DNA of 50,993 bases from Pseudomonadota bacterium (lineage in GTDB: Bacteria > Bdellovibrionota_B > Oligoflexia > Oligoflexales > CAIMVM01), in the NCBI GenBank assembly GCA_037142195.1, contig JBAXBA010000017.1:1-50993 (forward strand). Direction: 5' to 3'. Position 1 is the first letter of the stretch, and every line of letters starts with the position of its first letter. The notes under the pieces were generated by a model. The model made no database searches and was not told the DNA's origin. It saw only the letters and a list, made by a program, of their open reading frames with translations. Positions 19,477 to 28,685 of the stretch are shown in pieces. The translations under genes and the position numbers were made by a program.

Positions 19477-19707
19477 ATGTCTTACGATTCCATAAACTAA
19501 GAAGTTTGACTTCAGAATTCAAGCGCAACCGATCAATTTGGGAAGAGATATTTGAAATCAGCACTAGCCACAGAAAACAAAACCAGACCCTTAGCACCAT
19601 TCCGATGTAGAGAACGTCCAGTGAAGTTACAAATATTGTTACTGAGTAGGGTTAAAGCATCATGGCTGCAGATTTTAAATCGCAGTAGAAAAGGCCATCT
19701 TGAAAAA

Positions 19708-19783
19708 TGGCTCCCCGGAACGGACTCGAACCGCTGACCCTGTGGTTAACAGCCACATGCTCTACCGACTGAGCTACCGGGGA
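19708..19783 (-). tRNA. tRNA-Asn (GTT)
   Basis: TCCCCGGTAGCTCAGTCGGTAGAGCATGTGGCTGTTAACCACAGGGTCAGCGGTTCGAGTCCGTTCCGGGGAGCCA; full cloverleaf with CCA. Confidence 0.97.
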
Positions 19784-19798
19784 ACAATCGTGTCTATA

Positions 19799-19828
19799 TT
19801 TATAGAATCAAAAGCCATAAAAGGTCAA
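19799..19828 (-). promoter_or_regulatory. sigma70-type promoter of tRNA-Asn
   Basis: TTGACC-18-TATAAA, 15 nt upstream of the tRNA. Confidence 0.6.
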
Positions 19829-19834
19829 GGCTTT

Positions 19835-20326
19835 TTAGGCGAATACGTCTGCTACTTTGACAAACTTGGAAACCGAGGCCACCATAGAAGAAACATCATA
19901 GGGTTTAGATATTAAATCAGCTGCGCCGACGGAAAACGCCTTATCCATGTCCTCTTTAGACTGACGTGCTGAAACAAACACGACGGGCACTTTGGTGGTT
20001 GATGGATGACTTTTAATCATTCTGCACAATTCGTAACCATCTACCCAGGGAAGGTTCACGTCCAACAAAATAAGGTCGAACCGAGTGTTTTCTATATGCT
20101 TTGCAAGCTCTAAGCCGTCACTTGCAAGGACCACTTGGAATCCCTCTGAAGTCAGGATTCTTTTAAGTCCATTTCGTTGTATTTCTTCATCATCCACAAC
20201 TAGTATGGTGCCTAATTCCACCTCGCGATTAAGGTCGCGAAATTCACTAAGGCTAACCACTTTTTTTCCAGCGATCTGCTTACGATATTCTGCCTCTACT
20301 TTGCGTCGGATTGTCTTATCACCCAC
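19835..20326 (-). CDS. single-domain response regulator with N-terminal extension
   Basis: ILVVDDE, LLDVNLP, VFVSA, SKP; GTG start after AGGAG. Confidence 0.9.
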   Translation of the reverse strand: MGDKTIRRKVEAEYRKQIAGKKVVSLSEFRDLNREVELGTILVVDDEEIQRNGLKRILTSEGFQVVLASDGLELAKHIENTRFDLILLDVNLPWVDGYELCRMIKSHPSTTKVPVVFVSARQSKEDMDKAFSVGAADLISKPYDVSSMVASVSKFVKVADVFA

Positions 20327-20356
20327 GTTCAGTCTCCTAGCTTACAAGTGCTACGC

Positions 20357-20383
20357 TTATCGACCGTTTGATCAGAAAACTTA
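20357..20383 (-). promoter_or_regulatory. candidate sigma28 (FliA) promoter
   Basis: TAAG-N15-GTCGATAA, 30 nt upstream of the receiver-domain gene. Confidence 0.55.
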
Positions 20384-20570
20384 AATGAAAATCTCTCCTA
20401 GGCCGTAAAAAGAGAGGAGCTCCCAACCGCCCAAAAGAAGTCGTAAAAACAACCCTATTTAACTTCTGACACAATAAAGTGGCAAAATTTAAATTAAAGT
20501 CATAAAAACAACAGCTTGGGGAAAAGCACTCGACTCGCAGGGAAGCTTAAATGTAGTGCATCTATGCTAA

Positions 20571-20738
20571 AGCCCCTAAAAAAGCTAAATAATCTAAGAC
20601 TTTCGGCATGTTGCCGCTCTTCCACCTCGAAGCCAGCATTCATCAGCACAAGACACCCATCTCATGAGTCTTTTGGGGCCCTAGTAAGGCAGAGGTTCGA
20701 GGGAGCGGTGTCAGAGACCGGCGTCAGACAGCGGGACT
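20571..20738. ncRNA. putative structured RNA, 6S-RNA-like rod; strand unresolved
   Basis: Nested complementarity CCGCTC/GAGCGG (20614-19/20703-08), CCTCGAA/TTCGAGG (20625-31/20696-702), AAGAC/GTCTT (20650-54/20668-72) around an asymmetric central bubble. Confidence 0.5.
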
Positions 20739-20741
20739 AAT

Positions 20742-20775
20742 CATGAGGGAGCTCTGGTGTTAAAACTGCCTCATG
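20742..20775 (-). other. stem-loop just downstream of icmF (possible terminator or stability hairpin)
   Basis: CATGAGG...CCTCATG with an inner AGTTTT/AGAGCT G-U-rich stem; no clear U tract. Confidence 0.45.
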
Positions 20776-20794
20776 GAATTGGAACTGCCTTTAC

Positions 20795-23700
20795 TTACAT
20801 ATTCCTGCGGTACTGCCCACCCACTCGATACAATGTCGTCGTGATGTCTCCAAGCGAGCAATATCGAACCGTATGCATCAGTTCCCGAAATACATTACCT
20901 CCCCTTAGAACACACTGTTCTAAGCGCTCCAGAGCATCAGAGGACTTGTCTTGGGATCTTTCTTTAAATGCCGCCAATCTATGAAGCTGGTCGTCCTTTT
21001 CACCATAAGAGGCCCGAATAAGTTCTACTTCTGGTCTCACATAATTCTGATCTAGAGTTTTTGGATTGCGATAAGTATTTACACCGATGAGAGGAAGAGC
21101 TCCGGAATGCTTAAGATGCTCATAATGCATACTCTCTTCTTGAATCTTAGATCTTTGATATTGAGTTTCCATAGCTCCAAGCACACCACCTCGAGAGGAA
21201 ATGCTCTCAAATTCCTTGAGTACAGCTTCTTCCACTAGATCTGTAAGATGTTCTATAAAATAGGATCCTTGATTTACATTTTCACACTTATTCAATCCGA
21301 ATTCGTGATTGATAATCATTTGAATCGCCATGGCTCGACGCACGCTCTCCTCTGTAGGAGTTGTGACCGCTTCATCGTAGGCATTCGTATGGAGACTATT
21401 GCAATTGTCATAAAGAGCCATGAGTGCTTGAAGAGTCGTCCTAATATCATTGAAATCCATTTCTTGAGCGTGCAAGGAACGTCCAGAGGTTTGGATGTGA
21501 TATTTGAGCTGTTGACTTTTTTCATTGGCTCCGTACAAATCCCTCATAGCAATGGCCCAAATCCGGCGTGCTACACGACCTAGAACGGCATATTCTGCAT
21601 CGATACCATTTGAGAAAAAGAAGGAAAGATTCGGAGCAAAGTCATCAATCTTCATCCCCCGTGCTAAGTAATATTCCACATAAGTAAATCCGTTAGCAAG
21701 AGTGAAGGCCAGCTGAGTGATGGGATTGGCTCCTGCTTCCGCAATGTGATATCCAGAAATAGATACACCGTAATAATTTTTAACCCCTTTTTCGATGAAA
21801 AATTCCTGCACATCCCCCATAAGTTTCAAGGCAAATTCCGTGGAAAAGATGCAAGTATTCTGTGCCTGATCTTCTTTAAGGATGTCTGCTTGAACGGTGC
21901 CTCGAACCACTTGTAGGGTTTTATCGGCAATGGATTCATGCTCTAAGGGAGTAGGGATGCGCTTATTTTTTTCGATGAAAAAATCGACTTGCTGATCGAT
22001 AGCCGCATTCAAATACATGGCGAGTATCATGGGAGCTGGGCCATTTATGGTCATACTTACCGAAGTGTTCGGAGCCGACAAGTCAAATCCACTGTAAAGA
22101 GCCTTGATGTCATCTAAGGTACAAATAGAGACCCCAGATTCCCCAACTTTACCATAAATATCTGGCCTGGGATCTGGATTGGAACCATAAAGAGTCACAG
22201 AATCAAATGCTGTGGATAAGCGTTTGGCATCATCTTGCGCTGAAAGATAATGAAACCGTTTATTCGTTCTAGAGGGTCCGCCCTCTCCCGCAAACTGCCT
22301 TTTAGGATCCTCGCCCTTTCTTCTAAAGGGGAAAAGCCCCGCCGTAAATGGGAATAGGCCTGCGACATTTTCTTTGAGAATAAAGCGTGCGATTTCTGTT
22401 TCTGAGTCATAAGAAGGAAGGGCAACTTTAGGTAAATTCAAGCCTGAAAGCGTTTCAAAGGAAGATTGAACGTGGACACTCTTACCTCGAACTTCATACA
22501 TAAAGTGTTCGGAATTGTAATTGTTTCTAGTCTCTTTCCATTTGGACAATGCGGTTTTTAATATCTCATCCAAGGGCTTTGATTCTTTCAGAAATTTCTT
22601 CTTAATATCCCCTGAAAGCTCTGGATAGAGCTTTTCAATATGAGCCACAGATTCAGAATCTTTCACAATAGCAAGTTGCTCGCCGACCCAAGAGTGATAT
22701 TTTCTGACACAAATCGCCACATCTCCCAAGTAATTTTGCTTTTCCGAAGGGATCACAGCATTGCGGTGAGTGGATAAGGTCTCGTAGTTTCGGTTCTTTG
22801 ATGGCTCATAGTGCTTACCAACAATTTTTGTATTCAATTTTTGGACGATAGCCCGATAGAGGCCGTTGGTTCCGTCATCATTAAAGCGACTGGCAATCGT
22901 GCCATAAACAGGGTAACCCGCTTCGGGCTCCACGCCTTGAAAACGACTTCGCCTCAAAGTAGTCCTGATATCTCGAACGGCATCAGGGCCTTGTCTTCTT
23001 TCATACTTGTTGACAGCTATAAGATCTGCGAAATCGAGCATGTCGATTTTTTCTAGCTGAGTAGACGCCCCATACTCAGGTGTCATCACGTAAAGTGAGA
23101 GATCACTTACATCCAAAATACCTGTGTCCCCTTGGCCGATACCAGAAGTTTCCACGACTATGAAATCAAAATTTTGCGATTTTAAAATCTCGACCGCATC
23201 TTGGGTTACTTTAGCCAATTCTTTTCCAGAACCTCGACTCGCTAAACTTCTTAGGAAAAGCCTATCGTCGGCCATTGCGTTGATTCTAATTCTATCGCCT
23301 AAGAGGGCTCCTCCCGTTTTTTTCTTAGAGGGATCTATACACAAAAGTGCAATTTTAATTTCAGGAAAATCAAAAAGAAAACGAAGTAAAATTTCATCCA
23401 ACAAGGAGCTTTTCCCAGCGCCGCCGGTGCCTGTAACTCCTAAAACGGGTGGTGTATGACTGCGCGCATTTACTGGAGAAATTTCCTTGAGGAGCTCCGT
23501 CGTCGAATAAATACCATTTTCCAAAAGCGTCAGGGCCCGAGCGAGTCTAGAGACCTGACTTTTCCCCATGTCCCCCCAGGATTGGATCAACAGATCCGTT
23601 TCATAAAGCATGTGACCAATGCATCCCTCTAAACCGTAGCGCTGGCCATCTTCAGGGGAATATATTTTGGAAACGCCTGACATTTCTAATGTCTCGATCT

Positions 23701-24076
23701 CCGAGGGCGCTATCACTCCTCCACCACCGCCATAAATGCGCACATGGCGAGCTCCCTTTTCATCTAACATATCGCGAATATAGGTGAAGTACTCCATATG
23801 GCCACCTTGATAACTACTCAAGGCAATAGCGTGAACATCTTCTTGAATCGCCGCTTCCACCACTTCTTTTGCAGTTCGGTTGTGACCAAGATGAATCACC
23901 TCAGCCCCGCGCATCTGAAGGAGACGACGCATGATATTAATGCTGGCATCATGACCATCGAAAAGACTCGTTGCCGTTACAAATCTAATTTTGTTTTTGG
24001 GGATATAGGTTTTCAATAAATTGAGATCTAGAGCTGCAATGCGTTTGTGACCGGGAGTACTATCTGGACCCTTCAT
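20795..24076 (-). CDS. icmF: fused isobutyryl-CoA mutase / MeaB-like GTPase
   Basis: 1093 aa: B12 domain FDGHDAS, P-loop GTGGAGKSS, VETSG, mutase barrel RQFAGEG, LSTAFD, QTSGRSL, SLHTNAYDEA. Confidence 0.96.
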   Translation of the reverse strand: MKGPDSTPGHKRIAALDLNLLKTYIPKNKIRFVTATSLFDGHDASINIMRRLLQMRGAEVIHLGHNRTAKEVVEAAIQEDVHAIALSSYQGGHMEYFTYIRDMLDEKGARHVRIYGGGGGVIAPSEIETLEMSGVSKIYSPEDGQRYGLEGCIGHMLYETDLLIQSWGDMGKSQVSRLARALTLLENGIYSTTELLKEISPVNARSHTPPVLGVTGTGGAGKSSLLDEILLRFLFDFPEIKIALLCIDPSKKKTGGALLGDRIRINAMADDRLFLRSLASRGSGKELAKVTQDAVEILKSQNFDFIVVETSGIGQGDTGILDVSDLSLYVMTPEYGASTQLEKIDMLDFADLIAVNKYERRQGPDAVRDIRTTLRRSRFQGVEPEAGYPVYGTIASRFNDDGTNGLYRAIVQKLNTKIVGKHYEPSKNRNYETLSTHRNAVIPSEKQNYLGDVAICVRKYHSWVGEQLAIVKDSESVAHIEKLYPELSGDIKKKFLKESKPLDEILKTALSKWKETRNNYNSEHFMYEVRGKSVHVQSSFETLSGLNLPKVALPSYDSETEIARFILKENVAGLFPFTAGLFPFRRKGEDPKRQFAGEGGPSRTNKRFHYLSAQDDAKRLSTAFDSVTLYGSNPDPRPDIYGKVGESGVSICTLDDIKALYSGFDLSAPNTSVSMTINGPAPMILAMYLNAAIDQQVDFFIEKNKRIPTPLEHESIADKTLQVVRGTVQADILKEDQAQNTCIFSTEFALKLMGDVQEFFIEKGVKNYYGVSISGYHIAEAGANPITQLAFTLANGFTYVEYYLARGMKIDDFAPNLSFFFSNGIDAEYAVLGRVARRIWAIAMRDLYGANEKSQQLKYHIQTSGRSLHAQEMDFNDIRTTLQALMALYDNCNSLHTNAYDEAVTTPTEESVRRAMAIQMIINHEFGLNKCENVNQGSYFIEHLTDLVEEAVLKEFESISSRGGVLGAMETQYQRSKIQEESMHYEHLKHSGALPLIGVNTYRNPKTLDQNYVRPEVELIRASYGEKDDQLHRLAAFKERSQDKSSDALERLEQCVLRGGNVFRELMHTVRYCSLGDITTTLYRVGGQYRRNM

Positions 24077-25694
24077 GCTTTTTTCCTCTTTTTAATCTAA
24101 CCTTCGCCATTTCGAATAAACTTCGGGGGGAAAGGCGCAAATACGCCATGGCTGCAAGGCTGAAAAAAATAAATACCACTAAACCGTCAACGGTTAAACC
24201 TATTCCAGCTTCTAATTTTCTGGCCCAAATCCCGCCTGACGACTTCCAAACGAGATCGACCGGCGTTATCAAGCAAACGAGGGCGGACGCTAAGGCAGCT
24301 CCCAGGACCCAAGTGAGGCTTGTGATCAGCCTTGATTTATTCCACTGTATAGGGTCTTGCCGCAGGCCTAGAATCAAAAAGCCTGTATTTACCGAGAACA
24401 TCAAGGCCGCAGTGGCAGCAAGACCCACATGGCCTAGCTGTTTAACAAAAAGCCAGTTAAGTAGAAAATTGAAGCCGATACTTATAAAGCCCACGTACAT
24501 CGGCCATTTTGTGCGAGAACTGGCATAAAAATAAGCTGTAAAAACTTTGATAAGTCCATAAGGCACCACCCCCCAGCTGTAGGCAGCAAGGGCCATGGAA
24601 GTCTGGTGGACGCTCATCTCATTAAACTTACCGCCTTCGAGAAGAAGTCTAATAATGGGATAGGAACAAGTGATCAGAAAGACCATGCATGGGGTCATGA
24701 GCCAAATCACCAATTCAATGGCATTTTGCAACTCTTTAGAAACGTCCTCATTTATCTGCCCATGGCTTGCAGCAAGTTTTCGCGACAAAGCAGGCAAGAC
24801 CGCTGTTCCCACGGCAACCCCAAAGATACCAATGGGCAGCTGAAGTACTCTAAAGGCAAGGGTGATCCACGAGACCGCACCTTCTTGCAAACTCGTCGCA
24901 AAATTTGTATTGACCAAAACATTAATTTGACCCGCGCTGGCACCAATGATCATAGGTCCCATCATAGCCACAACACTTTTGATATCTTCGTTCCAGAGCT
25001 GAATCTTTGTTCGGGGGCGAATATCTTTCCAAGCCGCTGAAGCCTGCCATAGAAACTGACCAAGAGCCCCTAGGACCGTTCCGATCGCAAGCCCAAAAAG
25101 ACGAGGATCACCAGTAAAATCATAAAAACTTTCTGGAATATACTTTAAGGAAAGCGTCGAGAAAAACAGGGCTCCTAAAATATATCCGCCATTTAAGGCT
25201 ACCGGTGAGACGCCACTTACAAAAAACTTACCAGCTTGAGCTAGCACGCCACTGATAATGGAGGTGACCGACATGATCGCGATAAAGGGAAACATGACTC
25301 GCGTCAATGCTGTTGCATTTCTCTCCCAATCTGAGCTCAGTGTTCCGCCGTGAACCGTCATGCCCTTAACCAGCCAAGGCGCAAGCGTGATACCTAACAG
25401 GACTACGAGAGCTCCTACCAAAGCCGTAAGCCCCAGCATATTCCAAACCAAGGATTTAGCTCTTGTAGGATCTTTTGCCTTTATCGCGGAATAGCGCTGG
25501 GTAAAGCTTGAGCCTAAAGCGCCCTCTGCAAGCATTTCCCGCAGCATGTTGGGAATACGATGGGCGACAAAAAAGGCGTCTAACAAACCTGTAGCGCCAA
25601 AAACGGAAGCAATGACGGATTCTCTGAGAAGTCCTGAAAGGCGACTTACAAATGTCCCTATAGAAAAAAGTAAACTACTTTTGGCTACTGACAA
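24060..25694 (-). CDS. murJ: lipid II flippase
   Basis: SRLSGLLRE, DAFFVAHRIPNMLR, AEGAL, RVLQLPIGIFG; many TM helices; overlaps the icmF start by 17 bp. Confidence 0.93.
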   Translation of the reverse strand: MSVAKSSLLFSIGTFVSRLSGLLRESVIASVFGATGLLDAFFVAHRIPNMLREMLAEGALGSSFTQRYSAIKAKDPTRAKSLVWNMLGLTALVGALVVLLGITLAPWLVKGMTVHGGTLSSDWERNATALTRVMFPFIAIMSVTSIISGVLAQAGKFFVSGVSPVALNGGYILGALFFSTLSLKYIPESFYDFTGDPRLFGLAIGTVLGALGQFLWQASAAWKDIRPRTKIQLWNEDIKSVVAMMGPMIIGASAGQINVLVNTNFATSLQEGAVSWITLAFRVLQLPIGIFGVAVGTAVLPALSRKLAASHGQINEDVSKELQNAIELVIWLMTPCMVFLITCSYPIIRLLLEGGKFNEMSVHQTSMALAAYSWGVVPYGLIKVFTAYFYASSRTKWPMYVGFISIGFNFLLNWLFVKQLGHVGLAATAALMFSVNTGFLILGLRQDPIQWNKSRLITSLTWVLGAALASALVCLITPVDLVWKSSGGIWARKLEAGIGLTVDGLVVFIFFSLAAMAYLRLSPRSLFEMAKVRLKRGKKHEGSR

Positions 25695-25755
25695 TTTAAC
25701 TCCAAGGCTTGGGGGAGCCTTAGCTTAACAGGAAGTTATTTAAATCAAAAGAAGT

Positions 25756-26580
25756 TTAGAAGCTTCTAGAAAAGCCCACCGTAAAATGATCTGCGCTCAA
25801 ACGGACAGACTTCTTTTTTTCTGTAAAGGAACTCACCTCAAGTCCGCTTGATTTATAGGCTGCAGCTGTATCATTAAAGTCAACTTGAGTTGTCTGATGT
25901 TCGGCGGACAATTGAAATTTTAAACTATTAAAAGTCAAATACGAGACTTTAAGCTTAAGTACATTGCTGGAGACGTCTACATCCTTCATCGCTTTCGGGG
26001 TAAGATCTAGGGCTGCTTCTTCCCATGCAAACCTTCCGAATAGCAACCATTCTGCTTCTGTTTCCAGACGGAATTTATGAAAATTTCGAAGCCCGGCACC
26101 GGTTAAAAGAGACACTCCATCGAGCAAATGTGCCGTGGATACATTTCTCCAGTCCGTGCGTTTTAAAGAAGCTCCAGCCAAAACATCGACGGGCCATGGA
26201 GACGGAGAATATCTCACGCGACTATCCAAACCAAAGCGATCATAGGTCGATGTGATGGAAGGATTTTCTGCCGTAACCATGCTTCCCACTTGCATAAAGC
26301 TCACGCTACTCAGTAAAGCGAGATCAGCTCCGATGATTTGTGTCATCCCCACTTCAGTACTAAATGCGGTTCCCATGCGGCGGGTAGAATCGTTTTCAGC
26401 AATCGTTCCATCTGCCCGAGGTGCTGATTTTTCCCCATATGTCCCAGCTCCATAGGGTACCTGGAGATCGTTAAAGGAACCAAAGCCAATATCCGCATCC
26501 CAATTATAGTCAGCAGCTAAGCCCTTAGGAGAAGCCATGAAGCAAAAAATGAAGTAAGAAATGACAAAAAACCTGGCCAT
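25756..26580 (-). CDS. putative outer-membrane beta-barrel protein
   Basis: Signal peptide (...KGLA), amphipathic strands, C-terminal beta-signal FTVGFSRSF; GGAGG RBS before ATG 26580. Confidence 0.7.
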   Translation of the reverse strand: MARFFVISYFIFCFMASPKGLAADYNWDADIGFGSFNDLQVPYGAGTYGEKSAPRADGTIAENDSTRRMGTAFSTEVGMTQIIGADLALLSSVSFMQVGSMVTAENPSITSTYDRFGLDSRVRYSPSPWPVDVLAGASLKRTDWRNVSTAHLLDGVSLLTGAGLRNFHKFRLETEAEWLLFGRFAWEEAALDLTPKAMKDVDVSSNVLKLKVSYLTFNSLKFQLSAEHQTTQVDFNDTAAAYKSSGLEVSSFTEKKKSVRLSADHFTVGFSRSF

Positions 26581-26602
26581 AATGAGCCTCCCCTTAAACT
26601 CA

Positions 26603-26618
26603 AGCAAACCCTATGCCA
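26603..26618 (-). promoter_or_regulatory. candidate sigma54 promoter of the beta-barrel gene
   Basis: TGGCATAGGGTTTGCT matches TGGCAC-N5-TTGCW with exact GG-N10-GC spacing. Confidence 0.5.
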
Positions 26619-26817
26619 TTCTTTTGCTAATATTTACTAATAAATTCGGCAATTAAGCGCAATGAAAAGACCTAACCGCCACTTTTAAGCGTTCAACTGT
26701 CTAAATCAGGGACAGTTTGAATCGAGACTGGCATTGTAAAGGTGGACCCAGTAAAGCCCGGGAATAGTTGGCGGCCTTAGAGAAATGGAGACTATGAGTC
26801 ATGGCTGAAAAGCTAAA

Positions 26818-28602
26818 TCATAGGAGAACTGGAATTCTTAGGCCTGCTTTTTTCAGGTAGCTGATGCCAGACCCTAGGTACCCTAAGCCTTGGCTTTCAG
26901 ATTCATAGATGGATTCCGCCGCTTTATACACAGCATCTAGTTGCTTTGCGGAAAGTACAAGTGTCTCGCCAGTTTTGCCTCCAAGCCAGACCACGCTGAC
27001 AGCTTTTTTCCCAAAAAGCATGAGATGCAAATTACCACCATTTGGGTCATAAGACGCGTAGCAATTCACTTTGCCACAAGGAGATGCCTCCATGAGTCCG
27101 GCTAGCAAAAGCTGACTTGATGCTGATGGAAGTGTCTGCTTGGCAGTAAAAGGCCTTTTTAAGTAGTAATTTTTACCTCCAAATCCATCGATTCTTGAAA
27201 TCATAAATCCAGAAGGTGATTCCTTACCGAAACTCGCCCAGGTCGCACCAAGCCTAGCTATTTGCAAGAGGCTGACTTGGTCAAATCCAGCAGCTGCGCG
27301 AATGTCATTATATTTCGAATGAATTCCTGCTCGCTTCAAAGTCTGAATCACTCCCGTCACTCCCACTTGATCCACAACTCCCGACATGGAGAAATAATCC
27401 TTTTCTTTCATAGCTTGAAGCAAATTCTGTTTAGCCGGATGTATATCGTCTTCCCAATATCTCACAGAACTCCCCCACCCAGCCCCATCACGGAATGCGA
27501 GCTCTGCAATCACAGGGATAGCCAGTGCACCAAGCGGCCTCTTCATTTGAAGCGCATAGTTATAGTAAATTTGATCTTCTAGATGGGAGCTTTTTAGCGC
27601 GGAAATTTCGCCTGTGTAAGCCAATGAGACCCCTGCGACTTCATAGCCGGACCGCATTCCCTGTGGTAATTGTTCGTACAATGCTGCGATAAGGGCATTG
27701 AGTTTTTCTTGATCGGGAGGGGAGAAAGTTGATTTTATTTTAATCCCATCTCCTAGAGTATCCAATGGCAAATACTGAGAAACCTCTTTGGGGATTTCTC
27801 TTAAAAAAGAAATGGGCATTCCAATTCTGCGCCAGTTTGTCTGAACTTTGGGGCGTTCGTTTCCAGCAGCCTTCCAGATAATGTCGTCAAGAAAAGAAGC
27901 TTCTCTCATCAATGCTAAAACTTGCATTCGACGCCATTCGCTACGTTTGGTGTTGTTTTGGCTAGGTGCATACCTAGTAGGAGACTTGGGGATTCCTGCA
28001 AGGAGAGCTGCTTCAGAAACTGTTAAGAGTCTAGCCGGCTTGTCAAAATAAGCACGAGATGCCGCCTCCAGTCCATAGGCACCTCTACCAAAATAAATCG
28101 TCGTCAAATAAAGATCTAATATTTCTCGCTTCGAGAGACTTTTCTCGATAGTTAAAGCCATTACGAGTTCATGGAACTTCCGAGACATGGACCTTTCAGA
28201 GGTTAAAAACAAAAGCTTTGCCAATTGCTGGGTAATGGTAGAGGCCCCCTGAACCACCTGACCTGCCTTCAAATTTATAAAAGCAGCTCTTAAGATACCT
28301 AGGGGACTCACACCAAAATGCTTAAAAAACCTAACATCTTCCGCCGCTAAAAAAGCATGAACGACATGGGGCGGAAGATTTTCACTGTGTACGGGAAGAC
28401 GCATCACGGGCCCGGTGGTTGCAATCAATTTACCAGAATCATCAAGAACCTGACTTGCCAGCTGAATATCGCCTGTATTAAATTCCGAGTATTGCTTTTG
28501 TAATGCCTCTATTTTGGGTGAGACCGACTTGTATATATTTCGGCAGAGAACCAAGCTGCTCACAAACAGCATGGTTGCAATCCCCCAAACGATCACTTTC
28601 AT
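26818..28602 (-). CDS. GT51 peptidoglycan glycosyltransferase with degenerate transpeptidase-like domain (class A PBP-like)
   Basis: AAEDVRFFKHFG, QGASTITQQLAK, RKFHE, KREILDLYL, LLAGIPKSP; no SxxK at the expected position; RBS supports ATG 28602. Confidence 0.85.
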   Translation of the reverse strand: MKVIVWGIATMLFVSSLVLCRNIYKSVSPKIEALQKQYSEFNTGDIQLASQVLDDSGKLIATTGPVMRLPVHSENLPPHVVHAFLAAEDVRFFKHFGVSPLGILRAAFINLKAGQVVQGASTITQQLAKLLFLTSERSMSRKFHELVMALTIEKSLSKREILDLYLTTIYFGRGAYGLEAASRAYFDKPARLLTVSEAALLAGIPKSPTRYAPSQNNTKRSEWRRMQVLALMREASFLDDIIWKAAGNERPKVQTNWRRIGMPISFLREIPKEVSQYLPLDTLGDGIKIKSTFSPPDQEKLNALIAALYEQLPQGMRSGYEVAGVSLAYTGEISALKSSHLEDQIYYNYALQMKRPLGALAIPVIAELAFRDGAGWGSSVRYWEDDIHPAKQNLLQAMKEKDYFSMSGVVDQVGVTGVIQTLKRAGIHSKYNDIRAAAGFDQVSLLQIARLGATWASFGKESPSGFMISRIDGFGGKNYYLKRPFTAKQTLPSASSQLLLAGLMEASPCGKVNCYASYDPNGGNLHLMLFGKKAVSVVWLGGKTGETLVLSAKQLDAVYKAAESIYESESQGLGYLGSGISYLKKAGLRIPVLL

Positions 28603-28685
28603 AAGCCCCTCCCCAAAAACCATTTTACATGGGAAAAGGGGGATGGAGTTGATCTGAGATTAGGCAGATTCTGCCTCAAAAACCA

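Noticed and set aside
19552..19915. ORF-track entries 19552..19737 and 19700..19915
   Set aside because: Antisense to tRNA-Asn; typical spurious tRNA shadow ORFs
20530..20725. Cobalamin riboswitch near icmF (AGGGAA and GTCAGAGACCGGC resemble B12-element motifs)
   Set aside because: The core CCCGCxACTGT motif is missing, and the site is downstream of and antisense to icmF with no gene to control
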